Positions 1 through 12,954 of a DNA stretch of 64,000 nucleotides are shown here, piece after piece. The DNA is from Trichoplax adhaerens. Lineage: Eukaryota; Animalia; Placozoa. Positions within the stretch are counted from its first letter, which is position 1; the number at the start of each line of letters is the position of its first letter. The DNA is taken from contig NW_002060961.1 of NCBI RefSeq assembly GCF_000150275.1, positions 248,001-312,000 of the forward strand. Reading direction: 5' to 3'. The translations under genes and the position numbers were made by a program. Under the pieces are notes generated by a model. It was not told where the DNA came from and made no database searches. It saw only the letters and a list, made by a program, of their open reading frames with translations.

Positions 1-192
1 TCTTCTGCAAGACATTGTATGTATAGAAGCAACAGTAAATCCTCTTACCTTTCTGATTGAATATATCCTACTAATAAGTAATTAATTTTGATGGCTTTTA
101 TTGCCAAACTTACCAAGATGTCTCCCTCAGGCAATCTAGTGTATTGTATAATTAATCACGGTACATCAACAAGGAGCTTCTGTTACTTGCAG

Positions 193-1047
193 ATCAATCT
201 CAAACAAATATTTCTGCAATTCTAGATCCACGAATCAAAAAATCGAAAGACGAAACCGTAAATTTAAAGAAAGTGAAAGACTATTCTCCAAGTCTTCCGT
301 CACATCAAGACACAATCTGGTAAATGAATATATTTTAGCCACCTCCTAACGTGACAACTTTCAACTTGTCACGAAACTTCATACTGATACATTATGATTT
401 TATAGATAAACCCACTCACACAAGAGCTCAACAATGAAAATGGTTAGTTATAACATTACTGTAATCTTTAACCTTGATAAACTTCTACATGCTGGCTTTC
501 CTTGCAAATAGAAAATTTAAAATCTCCTTCCTCATAACATTAGCTGAACCAGTTGTACCTGAAACTGTTAGCCATCAAGTAGAAACTAAAGAACCAGTTC
601 TACCCGAAGAAGAACGTAAAACAGTTGATAGTAAAGAAAGTAAGTCAATTACAATAAAATTCCAGTGCATTTTCGCTTTAAGCAATGTTTTCACACAGTT
701 CTTGGTTATTATCGTATTGGTAGATATATCACAGAAGAAAAAGCGAAAAAATCGTCATAACAAGTAAGCGCTATAAATTGACTAGACTTTATGATTCGTT
801 ATACATGTTGTATTTATGTTATATATATATATATATATCCAATTCAAATTTCACGTTGATTTACATGCTATTATAATCAATGACAATGTATCTTCCTTTG
901 ATCTTAGATCCGAAGAGAAACTAAAGAAAAAAATTGCGCGCGTTGGAGCACAAAACGACGTCCATCAGGTTATTTCTTCTGTTCTGTATTTCACCATACA
1001 GCGACTGTTACTCATTTTTTTATGTAATGATACTTTAGGAAGATTAG
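193..1047 (+). CDS. 3' exons of an unidentified Lys/Glu-rich protein gene (5' part outside the window or unresolved)
   Basis: Six GT-AG bounded exons with consistent phases (193-319, 406-442, 544-639, 724-763, 908-968, 1039-1047). They read ...STNQKIERRNRKFKESERLF...INPLTQELNNEN-AEPVVPETV...SQKKKRKNRHNK-SEEKLKKKIARVGAQNDVHQ-ED*. No recognisable domain. Confidence 0.6.
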
Positions 1048-3839
1048 TCTGAATTCCTGTTATCGGAGGCGATATTCCACTGGCTAACCATGACATTGCG
1101 TATCTCTCTCTCTCTTCCTGGTGTTAGAATGTCCTGAATGATTAATGCGCTATTACCAATAATTATTGTTATTGATAATATTGAAAATATTTTCAATGCA
1201 AGACGTGAGAATTATGTAAATATTTTATAAAATGATAGACTGAACAGTGCATTATCTTGGAGATCTATTACTAATTGCACAAGATCGTGTATTTGTCTTT
1301 AATGTATACAGATATTTTGTGCGTATTGCACGACAGTGATCTTTGTTAATTAAAACTAGATCGCATTTTTAATGATTTGCTACATCACTTAGTGTATGTA
1401 TTGCACCCATGCAGTTATAAAGTAATAGAAATTGTAGCCCTGACTAGCTTATTTAAATTATTATGGAGCACTCAATGAAATAAATAAAACGGAAATACTG
1501 TATATTGCTGAGTTAACAGATGAAAAGTTTCTGAAGTTATTTGTGCTTGGCTATGGAAATTTTGGTGGAATCAACAAAACCCCTTTTCAAAGTAAAATAA
1601 ATCTTCAATCTATATCGGTAATCTTTTAGAGTGCGCGCACTATTCTCAAGTATAAGCTCGGGGCAAAAACTTTGTGCGTTTGCAATCCTTAAAGCGCGGT
1701 TCCAGAAGCAGTTCGGTACGAAACTATGACACATTGGTACAACTGAGTTTCAAATCTAATTATCAATCTCACACCTTGTATGTTCATCTATCGTATTAAG
1801 CAACCATATTATATTTTCTTATGGAGATATTACAAGTACGTATTTTAGGCTACCGTAGTACTGAAAGCAAATACTGTATGAGTGCAGGTAAACATTGCGC
1901 TAGCTAATAATTAACTTAAAGCGTACAGACCAATTATGAAAGCTTACATAATATTTCGTAGATGTAATTTTCATTTCATTGATTTCTCAATGAAGAACAA
2001 TCAAATTTGTAAGTATAATTGGAGCTATGTTGAGCACATTCATTAATCAGATTGTGAAAGTACTAAATTCAGGTTTCACTAAAGCATCTTATTCAAATCA
2101 AATTTTTAAAAAACCTACTACCTGGCTAATCTCACAAATTATTTATCAGCTGCAAATACGATGGACCGTTGTTTTTTTCGAAATAGAACTGTTAACGAAA
2201 TTTTTGATCTTTGAATATGAGCCTACATGTATATGCTAAATCGTAAAGATAGCTTTTAGTTTTCAGATATTGCCTGCTATAAAATCATAACTTGACTTGC
2301 CCAGCAGGCTAAATTTATCAGTCAAGATGAACATCTTGGCAAACTGTATTTTAGCGTAGGCCAAATTGGAAATATTTAGTTCATCGCTTGCATTTTTATA
2401 GACCTTTATTCCCATTCATAACCCTCTAAATTGGCTTAAAATCACTTCTTACACAATACAGATTCGATTATATGAACATAAGAACAGCTATTCCAGCTGA
2501 CAATCCTATAAATACATATACTTACAATACATTGCAAACTTGAAGTCTTCATATTACAACAAACCTATTGATAGATCATATAAATTATATATAGGCCCTG
2601 TGCACTATCTCTATAATACTATGTAAACCAGTGGTAAATAATTCAATTATACATTATGATTTACTTTGAAATTCAATATTCAATTATAAAACGATTTGGC
2701 CATCATGAAATTTATGAAAGCAGCGATGGTTTACAAGACAATGCAAATATCAGCATGTTCTAACTATTCATTTCACAGGTGAGTCTAGTGTATCTAATTA
2801 TTGTAGTATTTGTACGATACATGAAAGCTCAATAACTTCGATTGAGAAGTATTTTAAAAACAAACTAACGCTATAGGATGTTAATTAACGTAGTGTTATT
2901 AATTGTCAATCAACTTTATCGCAGAATCTGAAAAGATCACAATATACGTGCACAGTCCTAAAACAAGCATATCTACAGTATTAGAATGGTGATAACATTT
3001 GATTAAATTAAAATTTATCTCATCTCGCTTCAATAATAATATACATTTATTACAAGCTGCAAGCCGTTCGCTAGGTTTGTCATTGTACCATATAGAATTA
3101 ATATATGCATCAAATGGCATACCACGCTTGATGGAGAGAGAATTCAATGGCAATAAAAATTTTGTATTTACGGTGAAAATTCCAGGTTTGAATAAAATAA
3201 AAATAATAATACAAAAAAGTCCGTATAGTGACATACATACTATAAAGGACAGAAGCATAAAGTATTAATTTCATTTCAAGTATCTAGCAAGCAGTTATTA
3301 ACTTACTAGATTACGAGCTACTAGGTAGAAATTTTATCTTGATAGTGGTCCAATTTACAGGCATAACAGAATAGTAATAAATCAGTCTGTTTGGTATTAT
3401 TGCAGGTAATAGTACTGTAAGGAAAGTTTTACTACACCATAAGAGTGTAATACAACCTCTTTCGCTTCTCAACATAATCGATATTGAGCGTATAGTATAT
3501 CAAGGTCGTATTCAGCTTGAATTGGTACAATACAATTTATACATTTATGTAATTCATAAAAATAGCTCAGATAGTACCAGCCGTATCTGATTGATACTAT
3601 TATAACAATAGTTTTACAGAGTTTAAGTCCATAAAATTGGATCTCTTTTAACATATAGGAGGTATTGGTCCCGGTCCTCTTTCAAATCCAAAAACTGGAT
3701 ATTGATACAAATACTACAGAGTGGCAGAGCTTGTTGTCTACTACAATCCTATACCAATGGTGGATATATTGTGTTATCTCTTTTTCAAGCGTTAGTAGTC
3801 GCTATCAGCCAGTCTGAAGATTAATCTATGACAATCCTA

Positions 3840-5120
3840 TTAAGAATCTGGATCCGGATCCAGTACACGTGTAAACCAACAATGCTCAGTTTTCATCATT
3901 GCATGTGCTAAAAGATTCATCCGTATATGTTGATTAGCAGAAGCAATATTGTTAATGACAAGATAGCCGTTGACATCGTGCCGCGTGTAATGGATGACTT
4001 TCTTCTGTAAGATAGGCCACTTTAGATGAAATCGTTTATTATGAATTAAATCAATGCCACACTTTCTAGCCAGCAAACCAAGGTAGATACCATCGGAACA
4101 TTGTAGTAAAGGAACAGAATCTGATGCAATGATTAAATCTCGAGCAACATCACGACTCATGACCGTCCCATAACCTTGAAAAAATGGAGGATAATAATTG
4201 CCAGGAAATTCTACTTTGGAAGCATATTTTGGATCATATGGATCACGATTAGGAACATGAAAACGCCAATCGTGCTCAACCTGACCATGCCATAATCGGC
4301 TGAGTTTACGTCTTATAATTAGCCAACCCAGAAATTCAAACATTCGCGGAGCATTGACAAAAGCGTTATCATTACCTTTATACAAAAATAAGGGCTGGCA
4401 ATAAATATAACTCCAATGAATACCCATTAACGTCTTCCTGGACATGTTGCGCTCATTGTCGACAAAATCGCCAAGTAATAAATCTTGATATTGCTTATAC
4501 TCGGCTTGTAATTGTGCATCGCCATCTTGTATACCAGTCGATCCAATGGAGAAGATGACCCGCCAAGCGTTTGGTGCTCCATAGATTTCGGTAAAGCGTT
4601 TGCCATTACCCCATGATCGACGAATAGCTTTACGTAATTCGAAATTTTCAGGTTTACTATTAATAACTAGCATGACAATGGCTTGCGATGTACAAGGAGC
4701 TGGCGTATACTTGGTGACATGATTGATTTGAACCGGTTGACGAGGACCGGGTAATAATCGAATGGTAATGTGGCGAGGAAATTTACAACGCTTTGCTTTA
4801 CCAAGGACATGCTTTGGTGCAGTCATATTAAAAGGTCTTCGAATAAATTTTGTCACCTTGGATGTCTTCTTAGAAGAGCCATTCTTCTCCTTGTCTAGTT
4901 TAGTATCCTTTTGATGTGCATCAGCCTTACCTTTATCATTATTATCATGGTTATTACCGTTACTGACTTCATTTTGACCAGCAACCGGCGCACCATCGTT
5001 TCCTTTAGCCCCTTGTCTTTGAATCGGTGTCGACTTTCCCGTGTGCGATACGACAAATATACCCACATAAACCAATAAGCAAATAGTTAAACTTGTGGAT
5101 AAAACTAAACGTAACCTCAT
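3840..5120 (-). CDS. GT31 family beta-1,3-glycosyltransferase-like protein (paralog A), intronless, catalytic motifs degenerate
   Basis: ATG at 5120 (MRLRLVLS...), type II N-terminal TM anchor and stem. GT31 motifs: INSKPENFELRKAIRRSWG, QDLLLGDFVDN..N...KT, YPPFFQGYGTVMSRD. The DDD motif reads KGNDNAFVN. Confidence 0.9.
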   Translation of the reverse strand: MRLRLVLSTSLTICLLVYVGIFVVSHTGKSTPIQRQGAKGNDGAPVAGQNEVSNGNNHDNNDKGKADAHQKDTKLDKEKNGSSKKTSKVTKFIRRPFNMTAPKHVLGKAKRCKFPRHITIRLLPGPRQPVQINHVTKYTPAPCTSQAIVMLVINSKPENFELRKAIRRSWGNGKRFTEIYGAPNAWRVIFSIGSTGIQDGDAQLQAEYKQYQDLLLGDFVDNERNMSRKTLMGIHWSYIYCQPLFLYKGNDNAFVNAPRMFEFLGWLIIRRKLSRLWHGQVEHDWRFHVPNRDPYDPKYASKVEFPGNYYPPFFQGYGTVMSRDVARDLIIASDSVPLLQCSDGIYLGLLARKCGIDLIHNKRFHLKWPILQKKVIHYTRHDVNGYLVINNIASANQHIRMNLLAHAMMKTEHCWFTRVLDPDPDS

Positions 5121-6439
5121 GTTAGTCAAAAAATACTGAACGATCAAGTCGTTCGATCAATTGGATCAAGTTGAAGATGCCCCTAAATTGGCCTTAATTG
5201 CTAACGCACCACCGCCAATGACGACAAGGACAGCAGTGAAACCATCAGAGTAAAAAGTATTCGAGGAGGATGACGAGTCCTCACGCGCAGATCGTCTACA
5301 GTACAGTGCCTACAGTGTACAGTATAAGGTATCATACTTCCATACTGTACACTGTACAGGATAGTACTGTGCTCTGCTGTCGTCTTTCCGGTGTCCAGTT
5401 GTCCCAGGTGAAATCCGATGGTGGAAAAATTGGCAAGAAACTTTTTGAGTTTGGTTTTACTGGACAGTACAGTAAAAGATGAAATTTTCTCTTCTTTCAG
5501 CTGGAGATGGAGTTGATGGACACTCAGTGGATAGTATAGTGTACTAGTGTACTGCGACCATGCCCAATCTGTTTGTAGAAGGGACGAATCATTCATTGGT
5601 GCAAAAAGGACAGTACTACTGTCAACTGCAGTCTAGTATTGTACTTTGATACTGGATGAGCCAGTAGACGTAATCATTGTAAAGGATAATTCTCCACACT
5701 ACTCATCATGACATCATGTTGCACTTGTAGGCAATCATTTGGAAATGATCAAGTTATTGCCAAGTTAAAAGGATGTACTGTATAGTACAAGTACAGTAGG
5801 CAAAATAGCACGACTGATTGACAAGCAGACTTCAACTAGGGTCAATACAAGTGTACTTAAACAGGTGTAAAGGGTAAACTAGTGATGTCTTGGATCTCCA
5901 AACACTCACCACTAGGGTTACTGGCTGAGCTGTGATATCATCGCTCCAGTACTCATGCACCCAGCAATTGAATGACGTGAGCTTACACGACTAGTTTATT
6001 GACTACCTTACAATACTGAACGTCATCAAATTAGGAATATCATAGACCACATCGATCCTAAATGATTGCCTAATTATAATTCACGACTTGCAATCTTGCA
6101 AGAGTAACTCCAACTTCACCACTGGAAAAAATGAGCGCTCAGCAACCAGCTCATTCAACAAGAAACAACACAGTTTGACCATGGAATACCGTATTACTGT
6201 ACTGTACTCAGTGTACTGTACTAGTCTTGTTGGTCAATGGTAGCGTATGGACAAGACTAGATTACGCGGAACACTTCCAGTACAGTAGCCGTACAGTACT
6301 TACTGTACCGAGATTACTGTAAAATACGGTAGAATACAGTACTTTACACTAGAGACCTTGAAATACTGTGCACTGTACACTATACTGCAGTGCTTCATAC
6401 AATCCTATTAGGACTGGACGGCACCGGACGGATACTATG

Positions 6440-6597
6440 CAGGGTGTACCATAACATTTTGTCACTTTCGGGCCATATTTTTCTTTCAAAATACATGTAC
6501 AGTAAAGCTATAATAGAATGATATATTAATCAGTATTTGCTTATTAAAATCACTGGTTGATGCTTTTCAAAGTGACAAAATACTTTGATACACACTG
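6440..6597. mobile_element. Tc1/mariner-type MITE (158 bp, non-autonomous)
   Basis: 29-bp terminal inverted repeats match at 24/29: left cagggtgtaccataacattttgtcacttt (6440-6468) vs reverse complement of 6569-6597, cagtgtgtatcaaagtattttgtcacttt. Termini are CAG...CTG. Right flank is TA; left flank is TG (probably mutated TA). AT-rich non-coding interior. Confidence 0.75.
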
Positions 6598-7188
6598 TAC
6601 AGTACATGGCACAATATGGCGCCAGGGTAAGATGATTTTCCAATGGCATCATACACTACAGTACAGTACTTATTACGCAGGTTTTCAACCGTGACTTTTG
6701 AGGTATTTGGACCGGTCTAGGACAATTCGACGTCGACAATTTACCGCTGTACAATGGAGTAGTATAGGATGACATCAATGTAGATTGGATAGGACGACGG
6801 TGAATTCCAACACTTTGCAGCGTTCAATCCTATACACCGTAAAATGAATCGAATGCAATAAACTATCTGCTTTGATATTACGAGGGTGGATTGAATATTT
6901 TACGCCGTCAAATTCATTGAATACGGTAAATTATCCGGTTTCGGTATTGGACACTGTCACGACTTTTGGGCTTTGGAGGTGCAATTTTATCGGTAGGGGT
7001 CCCTGTTGACACGGTTGTAAAATATGGCGCACAACTTTTCAGCCCTTCCAATGCTGTCGAAATCACTGAGGCCAAAAAGGTTTTATCCTTTTTACCTCAC
7101 CGAGTCGCCTTTTTCACCTAGAGGGCACAGATCGAATGGCTACTGCGTTCACCGTACAGCGCGTGGCTGGTTCACTCCACTGAATACT

Positions 7189-7396
7189 GTAAAGCGTTCT
7201 TCTACATTACTTCAATACGTATGGTAGAAGTCATTGAAACAAATGAAGATCAAGCTAGTAAAGTGTTCTTCTACATTACTTCATTACGTATGGTAGAAGT
7301 CATTGAAACGAATAAAGATAAAGCTAGTAAAGCGTTCTTCTACATTACTTCAATACGTATGGTAGCAGTCATTGAAACAAACGACGATAAAGCTAG
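7189..7396. repeat. 69-bp tandem repeat, 3 copies
   Basis: Unit gtaaagcgttcttctacattacttcaatacgtatggtagaagtcattgaaacaaatgaagatcaagcta starts at 7189, 7258 and 7327. It produces the repetitive ORF 7221-7541. Confidence 0.9.
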
Positions 7397-8831
7397 AGAT
7401 AGCGGGCCTATTCCACAGGCTTACAGTCCCGTACAGATTGCACTACAGTCCTGTACCATTAACTTCGTCGTTCTTAATTTATTTTTTTTTAATCGGTTTA
7501 TGACTGCAACACCACAGATGCAACTAGAAGTGACGATCTGATGAATTGCAATAATAGCTTAGTAGCAAATGTGCACTGTACAATACCCAAAAGTAATAAT
7601 AAAAATAATTGCTTTTATGCGATGTACTTCTACGCTACTTTTGTCCAATGGCTAGCAATAATGATGCCATGTGCGAAACCGTGAATCACGAGAACAAATG
7701 CATTAATGGAGATTCACAATAGATCGATTTTGACATAATGGATACTCCCCATCTCCATTGACAATAAATTATTTTCACTATCGATTCTTTTACCTCAATG
7801 ATATTTATTGAAATCTTGAAGCTAGGCAGAATTCATTTCAAACTATAACCCCTTAATCTACGTCTCAGATTGAATCTCCTATCACCGCTACGTTACTACA
7901 GTAGCATATTACATCATTTATGAACATTGACTCAAAACATGATGGATTCATTTCGATCCTGTTTCCAAAGTTTTTCTATCGAGCGCTTGAAAGCAATGGT
8001 ATACTGGGACAGTATACATTTTTAGCATTTGATACATTTTTTGACTACGTCATAACTAGCACTGCACGATCATTTTGTATATTGTGTATACGTACGTTAC
8101 TTATACCATTGGATTGTTTTATTTTTGAGAATTATGGCATAAATTACTAGAAATTTCTCTTCCTAGTAGTCCATCTGATGAAATCTACACTACTCAAGTC
8201 ATTATACGACCATTGAACTTAAAATAAACTAGTACGTTTATATACACAATCACAGTCCTACTCACTGCAGTAAAAAGTACTGCTAAGCCATAATACTGGC
8301 GTCGCTTGATTGATTATAGACGCATAGAATGGGATAAATCAAGTTTAAAGCATATGAGTTGTTATTCGAGTTGTACATTAGGGAAATGTTTAATGTTGAA
8401 GTAAGGGTTACGATAAACATCTTGAACTACAATGCACTAAATACAATTTGGCGTTAACCGAGAACATTCAATCATTGTACCGAATATCAAACAACCACGG
8501 CATTTTATGTGAACAGCGATATCCTCCTATACACTTCTAATGTAACCATTTACATACATTATTTGGTAAAATTCAATTCAATTTCTTATGTAGGTAAAAT
8601 GGAATATAAGTCTTATTCGATAATACATTCCAATACAGTATCGCAGGTGAATGATAATATTACCTTACTCATTGATTACATCTAAATTCTTATATGTAAT
8701 ACAGAAACCAGCTCTAATTACGACAATCCTTTACAGATGCCACGTATAAAAGCAGTCGTTAATTCAATCACGGCTGAAGTGATACGGGAAATTTGCTAAA
8801 TTCTACTATTTTCTTAATGACATCCATCAAG

Positions 8832-11800
8832 TCATGCGTTCTGAAGTCACAAAGAGAAAAATACGCGTAAGTGGCTCTTTTAACATTTAGCCCAAATTTC
8901 GTCAGTAATATAAAAAAGACAAGAAATATATTATCCAGTTTCTGTTAATTAAAGCGATCAATGTACTGTATTTGGGAATACTATTTATGCGGTAACGATG
9001 CTAGAAGTAATTGTATAATTAATGTCATATAAATCGCAAAACAGCATAGAATGCATCATCTAAAGTTTTTCTATAAGTTTCAAAAATCCGATGTTCCCAG
9101 CTGTAGCATTGAATAAACTAATTGCTATAGTTGATAATAATCCATAATGCTGGATTTCTGTATGAAAGCGTTGTACTCTAACGCTATCAACTTCAATATT
9201 GTTACCTTTATTAACTCAATCCATGATTATTCCCACTAGTTCATAACAAATTACTGCAACGTTTACATGTATACCTTATTGTCTGCCTTTGCTAGAATAT
9301 CCGCAACTTCAGAATGGCCTACTTCTACAGCTATATCATGTGCAGTTTGACCTCTCTTTTGAAAAATTATTTTAGAATTAATCAAATGTGTCACAGTTAT
9401 ACAATCTGTTACTTAATAAACTATCAAAAACAATGTATACGATACCTATTGATATCGTTAGGAAAATTCTGCTTAAGTTGTAAGAATTACAAGCCAAATA
9501 AATAGATTCATTGAGCTAAATTATCAATCGATCTACCTTGCTAACTGCATTTAGACTCGCATCATTTCTTAAGAGGAGACGAATACAATCAACGTGACCT
9601 TCCCATGTAGCCAAATGAAGAGGTGTATAATCATCCTATCAAAAGTTAATTCAGAACAATATATTACATATAAAAAATACTCTAAAAATAACCATAGATA
9701 AACTATAGATAGACTAAATACAGCAGATAGATTAATTAAGGGAAACTTATGAAGTACTATTTGTAAAGTTTCATTTATCTAATTTAATTACAATCTCATT
9801 CGGTATACTTTATTTTTATTGATGCAAAGGAACAACAGCAACTATACCATTCACTCATGCCCGTATAAATAAACTGCTATGTTAATTAAATCGAAACATT
9901 AAACATCTTCAAGGGTAATTTAAGAAATCGTCATAACTTATCACTCATAATCCGAATTATTTCAGTAATAGTAACGCATTTATTGTTTGTCCATTAATCT
10001 ATAATTCTACCAAATGTATTAAGAATTAAAACAATTGTAAAGTAATATGTAGATGCTAATTAGTTATTAATTTTACGTCTTACATAACTTAAACAATCTA
10101 AAACTCCTTCATGGCCTATGCAAAATAGGTTATAATTTAATTTTACGTATAATTCTTATATTACGTACATCATCTCTGACGTCGACATCAACTTTCTGAT
10201 TCAGTAACCATTCTAAGATATCCGTTTTGCCTTCAACAGCAGCGAAATGACTTGGTCGATAGCGAAACTAATCATTGCAATATGAGATAACAATAAAAAT
10301 TACTTTTATTACCACTGATTACCGCATTAGAAAAGTAGTCAGGATTAAGAAAATTACGCTATGATATATTTTAAACACATTATCAAAAACTTATCATACC
10401 CATCCAGGTCGTTTCAGTGCATTATAATTTCCAAGATGTTGATACAAAAATTTTAAAATTTTCAAGTAGCCTAAAGATGCTGCTTGGTGCAAAGAGCAAT
10501 CCTTCATTGCCTGCAATACAGCAATTATTGTTATATTCATTACCACGATTTTATTATCATCTGTATGTATAAGTTATTGAAGTCTAGTACCATTTTACTT
10601 AATGAAACAAATATAATGAATCTATTAAGTCATTTTTAATCATCAACCTTTATTACGATATTAATAACGCTATGCTTAATTGAGACAATATCGTATAGAT
10701 TCATGCTAAACATGACAATTTCAGATTATAGTTATGGCACTAATCATAACCATCAGAATATGTTCTAGAGAATAAAATAATACGGCAATGCAATTTATAA
10801 TCCTGAGAAAATTATTAGACTATTGCTAATAATAATTTTAAAGTACACTTAGTTAAGTTTACAATATTGTAGAATTCAACCAATTGCGTACGCAATTATT
10901 TCTCTCACTCTCGACAGTTATAAATGTAACTGTACTAAATAATAACGTTGTTATTGCAGGTTCATATTTTATGAACGGACTCTGATTAATCTACAGATGT
11001 ACAATATAGTAATGATGAAGCATTCAGTTTAGTACCTTGTAATCCACACAAGTTTTACTCAATTACTAAATCAAATGGCAAAGTGAGTGACTATAAATAG
11101 AATTTCAGTCGAAAGTTTAACTGATATCCATACAGATCCAGTTACACTTACGTTTTCATATAAGGGGTCTGCACCGTTTTTCAATAGTAGTTCAACTCCT
11201 GCTACATCACCTGCATGTACACATTTCTGTAAGGCGCTGTTGTTGTTATCATGCTACGTCATATAAAAATAAAACGAAAGAAAATGACAAAACTTTACAT
11301 TTTATGTGTAAAGATAACGGCAAATTAAATTCGGTTGTAGCTTAATGAGCTGTAAAGTGATAAGACAGTTTTAACAATTTTCTATTTTTTTGTTATCCAT
11401 TGCTTATTTACAAAATGTAATCCATTAGCATGACCGACTAGATTACTATACGTGTAAACTGAATGTTTTAACCGTGTATCTCAGATATCCAATACTTGTT
11501 AATATGGGGGAAATAAATCTATAATTACTATAAACATTATTTACTGATAATTCTATATACGGTACAGCCTAATCTTACCCAATCAGGAATATCAATATTT
11601 CCTTGAATATTCCTCAACTCTTTAAAAAAAGTATCATTTCCTTTTCGAACTGCCGCAAGAATTTCACCTGCATCTGGTTGCTACAAATTTAGAAGATACA
11701 CGCGATGAACGATTAAATATATGTCAGTAAAAATTTCAAAGATACAAGAAAACTTATAATTAATTATAATTGCATATTAGATTTGCAGGCCTTGAGCCTC

Positions 11801-12954
11801 CTATCTACTAGTGTTATACCGTAAATTTGCAAGCTATCATTGTCACATATCGAAATCGGTTCCATTCATTTTACAGCAAATTGACTCGACAGTTTAATAG
11901 CTAACTAGCTTTCACTACATTTTCGTACATGACTATCATACTTCCATTTACTCAGCAGACAGTAGTGTACTGTATTTGTTTAAGCCGTACTATCCGAGGG
12001 CATGGGTTTCTGTCCATATTCGTATATAATATGAACGAGGACGAAGTGTGTAAAATAGATGTCGTTAAAACTATTTACATTACATTGTAGATACGGCTTA
12101 AATTACGACATCCGCTTTGCATCGTTGTACCACAGAAGTTACTGCCAAATACAAATTTCTTGCTTGAAATTTGATTTAAAAAAATTTCCAATCTGACTGA
12201 AGCTAATAACAATCTCTGTGTATATTAATTATTATAGATCCAATTGCAGTAACAGCAACGAGAGATTTGAGGTTATGGCTTAGTGCATTATACGTATATG
12301 TAAGTAATAAATAAAAAAAAAAATAGATATACCGTACGCTTATCCGATCAATAAACAACGACCCCATAGGTAGCTCATACGTGAACAGGTGTAAGTCTGT
12401 ACTACAATGAGTAAAGAGTCCCTCCGGGCTCGACTCTGGGTTTTGTCAGAAACATTGAAAGTACTTTAGTGTACTACGGTGCCACAGCTGTTCATGAAAT
12501 GATGAATACTTATAGAAATATAAGGTTTTTTCTTCTATCTCTACGTGAACACTACTGTAACAGTCATAATAATTAAAAAAGAAATAGAAAACTGAAATTT
12601 GAACTTTCTTAGCGTGCAATAGCTATTTCTTAGCTGATTTCCATGAAGATTTCATATCTATTTCTTGGTTCAATTAATTATAAATGCACTTAATAGGTTT
12701 AGAATGAAAAATAACCTTGAGTTTAAAATTTTCCCCCAAATGTATGCGCATATAATTAATTAATTAAATAAAAAGAATAATGTTTATAATCATTCCGTGA
12801 AAAATTACTATCGAGTGAAGAAATTGAAAAAAAAATAATAATAATGGTAAGATGGACGATGGATGGTTATAATGATATCTATCAAACGCTCGCTTTTACT
12901 TATCATAGATAGTTCGAAACTTACCGTAACATTCGTATTGGTAATGGTTCGCAT
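8832..12954 (-). CDS. Small ankyrin-repeat protein (about 5-6 repeats), copy 1, apparently intact
   Basis: Phase-0 exons: 12925-12954 (MRTITNTNVT), 11579-11680, 11152-11253 (NSALQKCVHAGDVAGVELLLKNGADP), 10400-10510 (SLHQAASLGYLKILKFL), 10169-10267 (PSHFAAVEGKTDILEWLL), 9537-9635 (YTPLHLATWEGHVDCIRLLL), 9275-9355 (GQTAHDIAVEVGHSEVADIL). Roughly one ankyrin repeat per exon. The terminal exon (from 8840) is uncertain. Confidence 0.85.

Noticed and set aside
1689-1740. ttaaagcgcggttcc resembling a TTAA-specific (Kolobok-type) transposon end
   Set aside because: No corresponding right end found.
3700-3715. In-frame TGA as possible selenocysteine (also TGA at 8832-8834)
   Set aside because: No selenoprotein-family motif (CxxU/UxxC) and no SECIS that I could identify.
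5201-5596. ORFs rich in Y/S/T/V/Q (also 27678-28549 and 41898-42523)
   Set aside because: Their composition is the translation of TACAG/TACTG motifs in promoter or UTR DNA, with no domain signal.
6879-6910. tacgagggtggattgaa resembling a mariner terminal repeat
   Set aside because: No matching inverted partner found in the window; at most a solo end.
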